DNA from: Macrostomum lignano
Lineage: Eukaryota
Direction of reading: 5' to 3'
Length of the DNA stretch: 64,000 bases
NCBI GenBank assembly: GCA_002269645.1
Contig: NIVC01000100.1
Location: 744,001-808,000, forward strand
The stretch's first letter is position 1. The number at the start of each line of letters is the position of its first letter. Under the pieces are notes generated by a model, which ran no database searches, was not told the DNA's origin, and saw nothing but the letters and a program-made list of their open reading frames with translations. The translations under genes were made by a program, and so were the position numbers. Positions 63,401 to 64,000 of the stretch are shown in pieces.

Positions 63401-63483
63401 CTTCGCGGCTCTACTCGGGCGTGAACTTCACCTCGCATCAATTCGATGGAGTCAGCTTTATAGACGATCCAGTGTCGCAGAAA
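60436..63483 (+). CDS. Ionotropic glutamate receptor-like gene, 5' part (signal peptide and amino-terminal LIVBP-like domain); continues beyond the window
   Basis: Signal peptide MQTWRLLLPLCLFCLPAINC at 60436 (donor probably 60550). ATD-like exons at about 61200-61543 (VC..L, NFFPAPEL..IYEFVKWSEWTEFAVLY), 61614-61789, 62056-62109 (AYNFLLV) and 63370-63483 (YSGVNFTS) are phase-consistent with each other. Joining of the first exons is not resolved. Confidence 0.72.
62745..63035. repeat. GA-rich low-complexity tract
   Basis: Purine-only stretches in an iGluR intron. Confidence 0.9.
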
Positions 63484-64000
63484 GTGAGCTGACTAATATG
63501 AAATGTGTTGACTGAGGTTGTTTTACTAACGATTGGGTCGTTGAAGTGGGTGGGTAGCTGAGTAGTTACGCGTCCGGCTCTCGCATCAGAGTCCTCTGTG
63601 CACAGAAATCGGCGCCTGGGATTTTAATGCCATTCTCGACGACCATGAGGACCAAGCCCGAAAACAGAGAGTGTAAATGCCTGACGATGGGAATGTCAGG
63701 GCTGCGGTACACCCTGTGGGATCGTGTGCGTGCTGAGGGATCGACAGTTCAAGCACAATTGCAGCTAGATTCGTCGCTGGCAACGGATCGCCTGCTGACT
63801 TTGATTTAGAGAGCGGTGCCTAAAGCTACCATTCGAGCCTCAGAAAGATTGACAGAGAAATGCTTTGCTGGAATAGACGTCGAAAAAGCTCATAACTAAC
63901 TCTGACTGGCTTTAACTGGCTCTGGCTTTTACTAATGGTAAATTTACCGAAAACTGCAGCTGTAGATGCATCAAATTCTGTTTGCGAACGTGCTCTGTTG

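Overview
This window is eukaryotic (invertebrate animal) genomic DNA, not prokaryotic. It has GT-AG introns, and about one third of it is tandem repeat; the architecture resembles Macrostomum-type flatworms, but that is inference only. Exons were assembled by hand from splice signals and reading-frame phase. Left to right: (1) the 3' end of a + strand gene with a TRP-channel-like PPP motif (low confidence); (2) a complete 9-exon ammonium transporter (Amt) on the - strand with two duplicated, paralogous first coding exons; (3) a divergently oriented 25-exon voltage-gated calcium channel alpha2/delta gene on the + strand (20214-58583), with one apparent 1-nt frameshift and one probable GC-AG intron; (4) inside intron 17 of that gene, an antisense Ty3/Gypsy (Mag-like) LTR retrotransposon inserted in a (GATA)n tract, lacking protease and the start of RT; (5) the 5' part of an ionotropic glutamate receptor-like gene running off the right edge. 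Two tRNA-derived SINEs are also present, plus about 28 different micro/minisatellite arrays, several sharing a GGCGCC-type core and some with conserved or inverted flanks. No CRISPR array, rRNA or intact tRNA gene was found. Most long ORFs in the supplied track are read-throughs of repeats.
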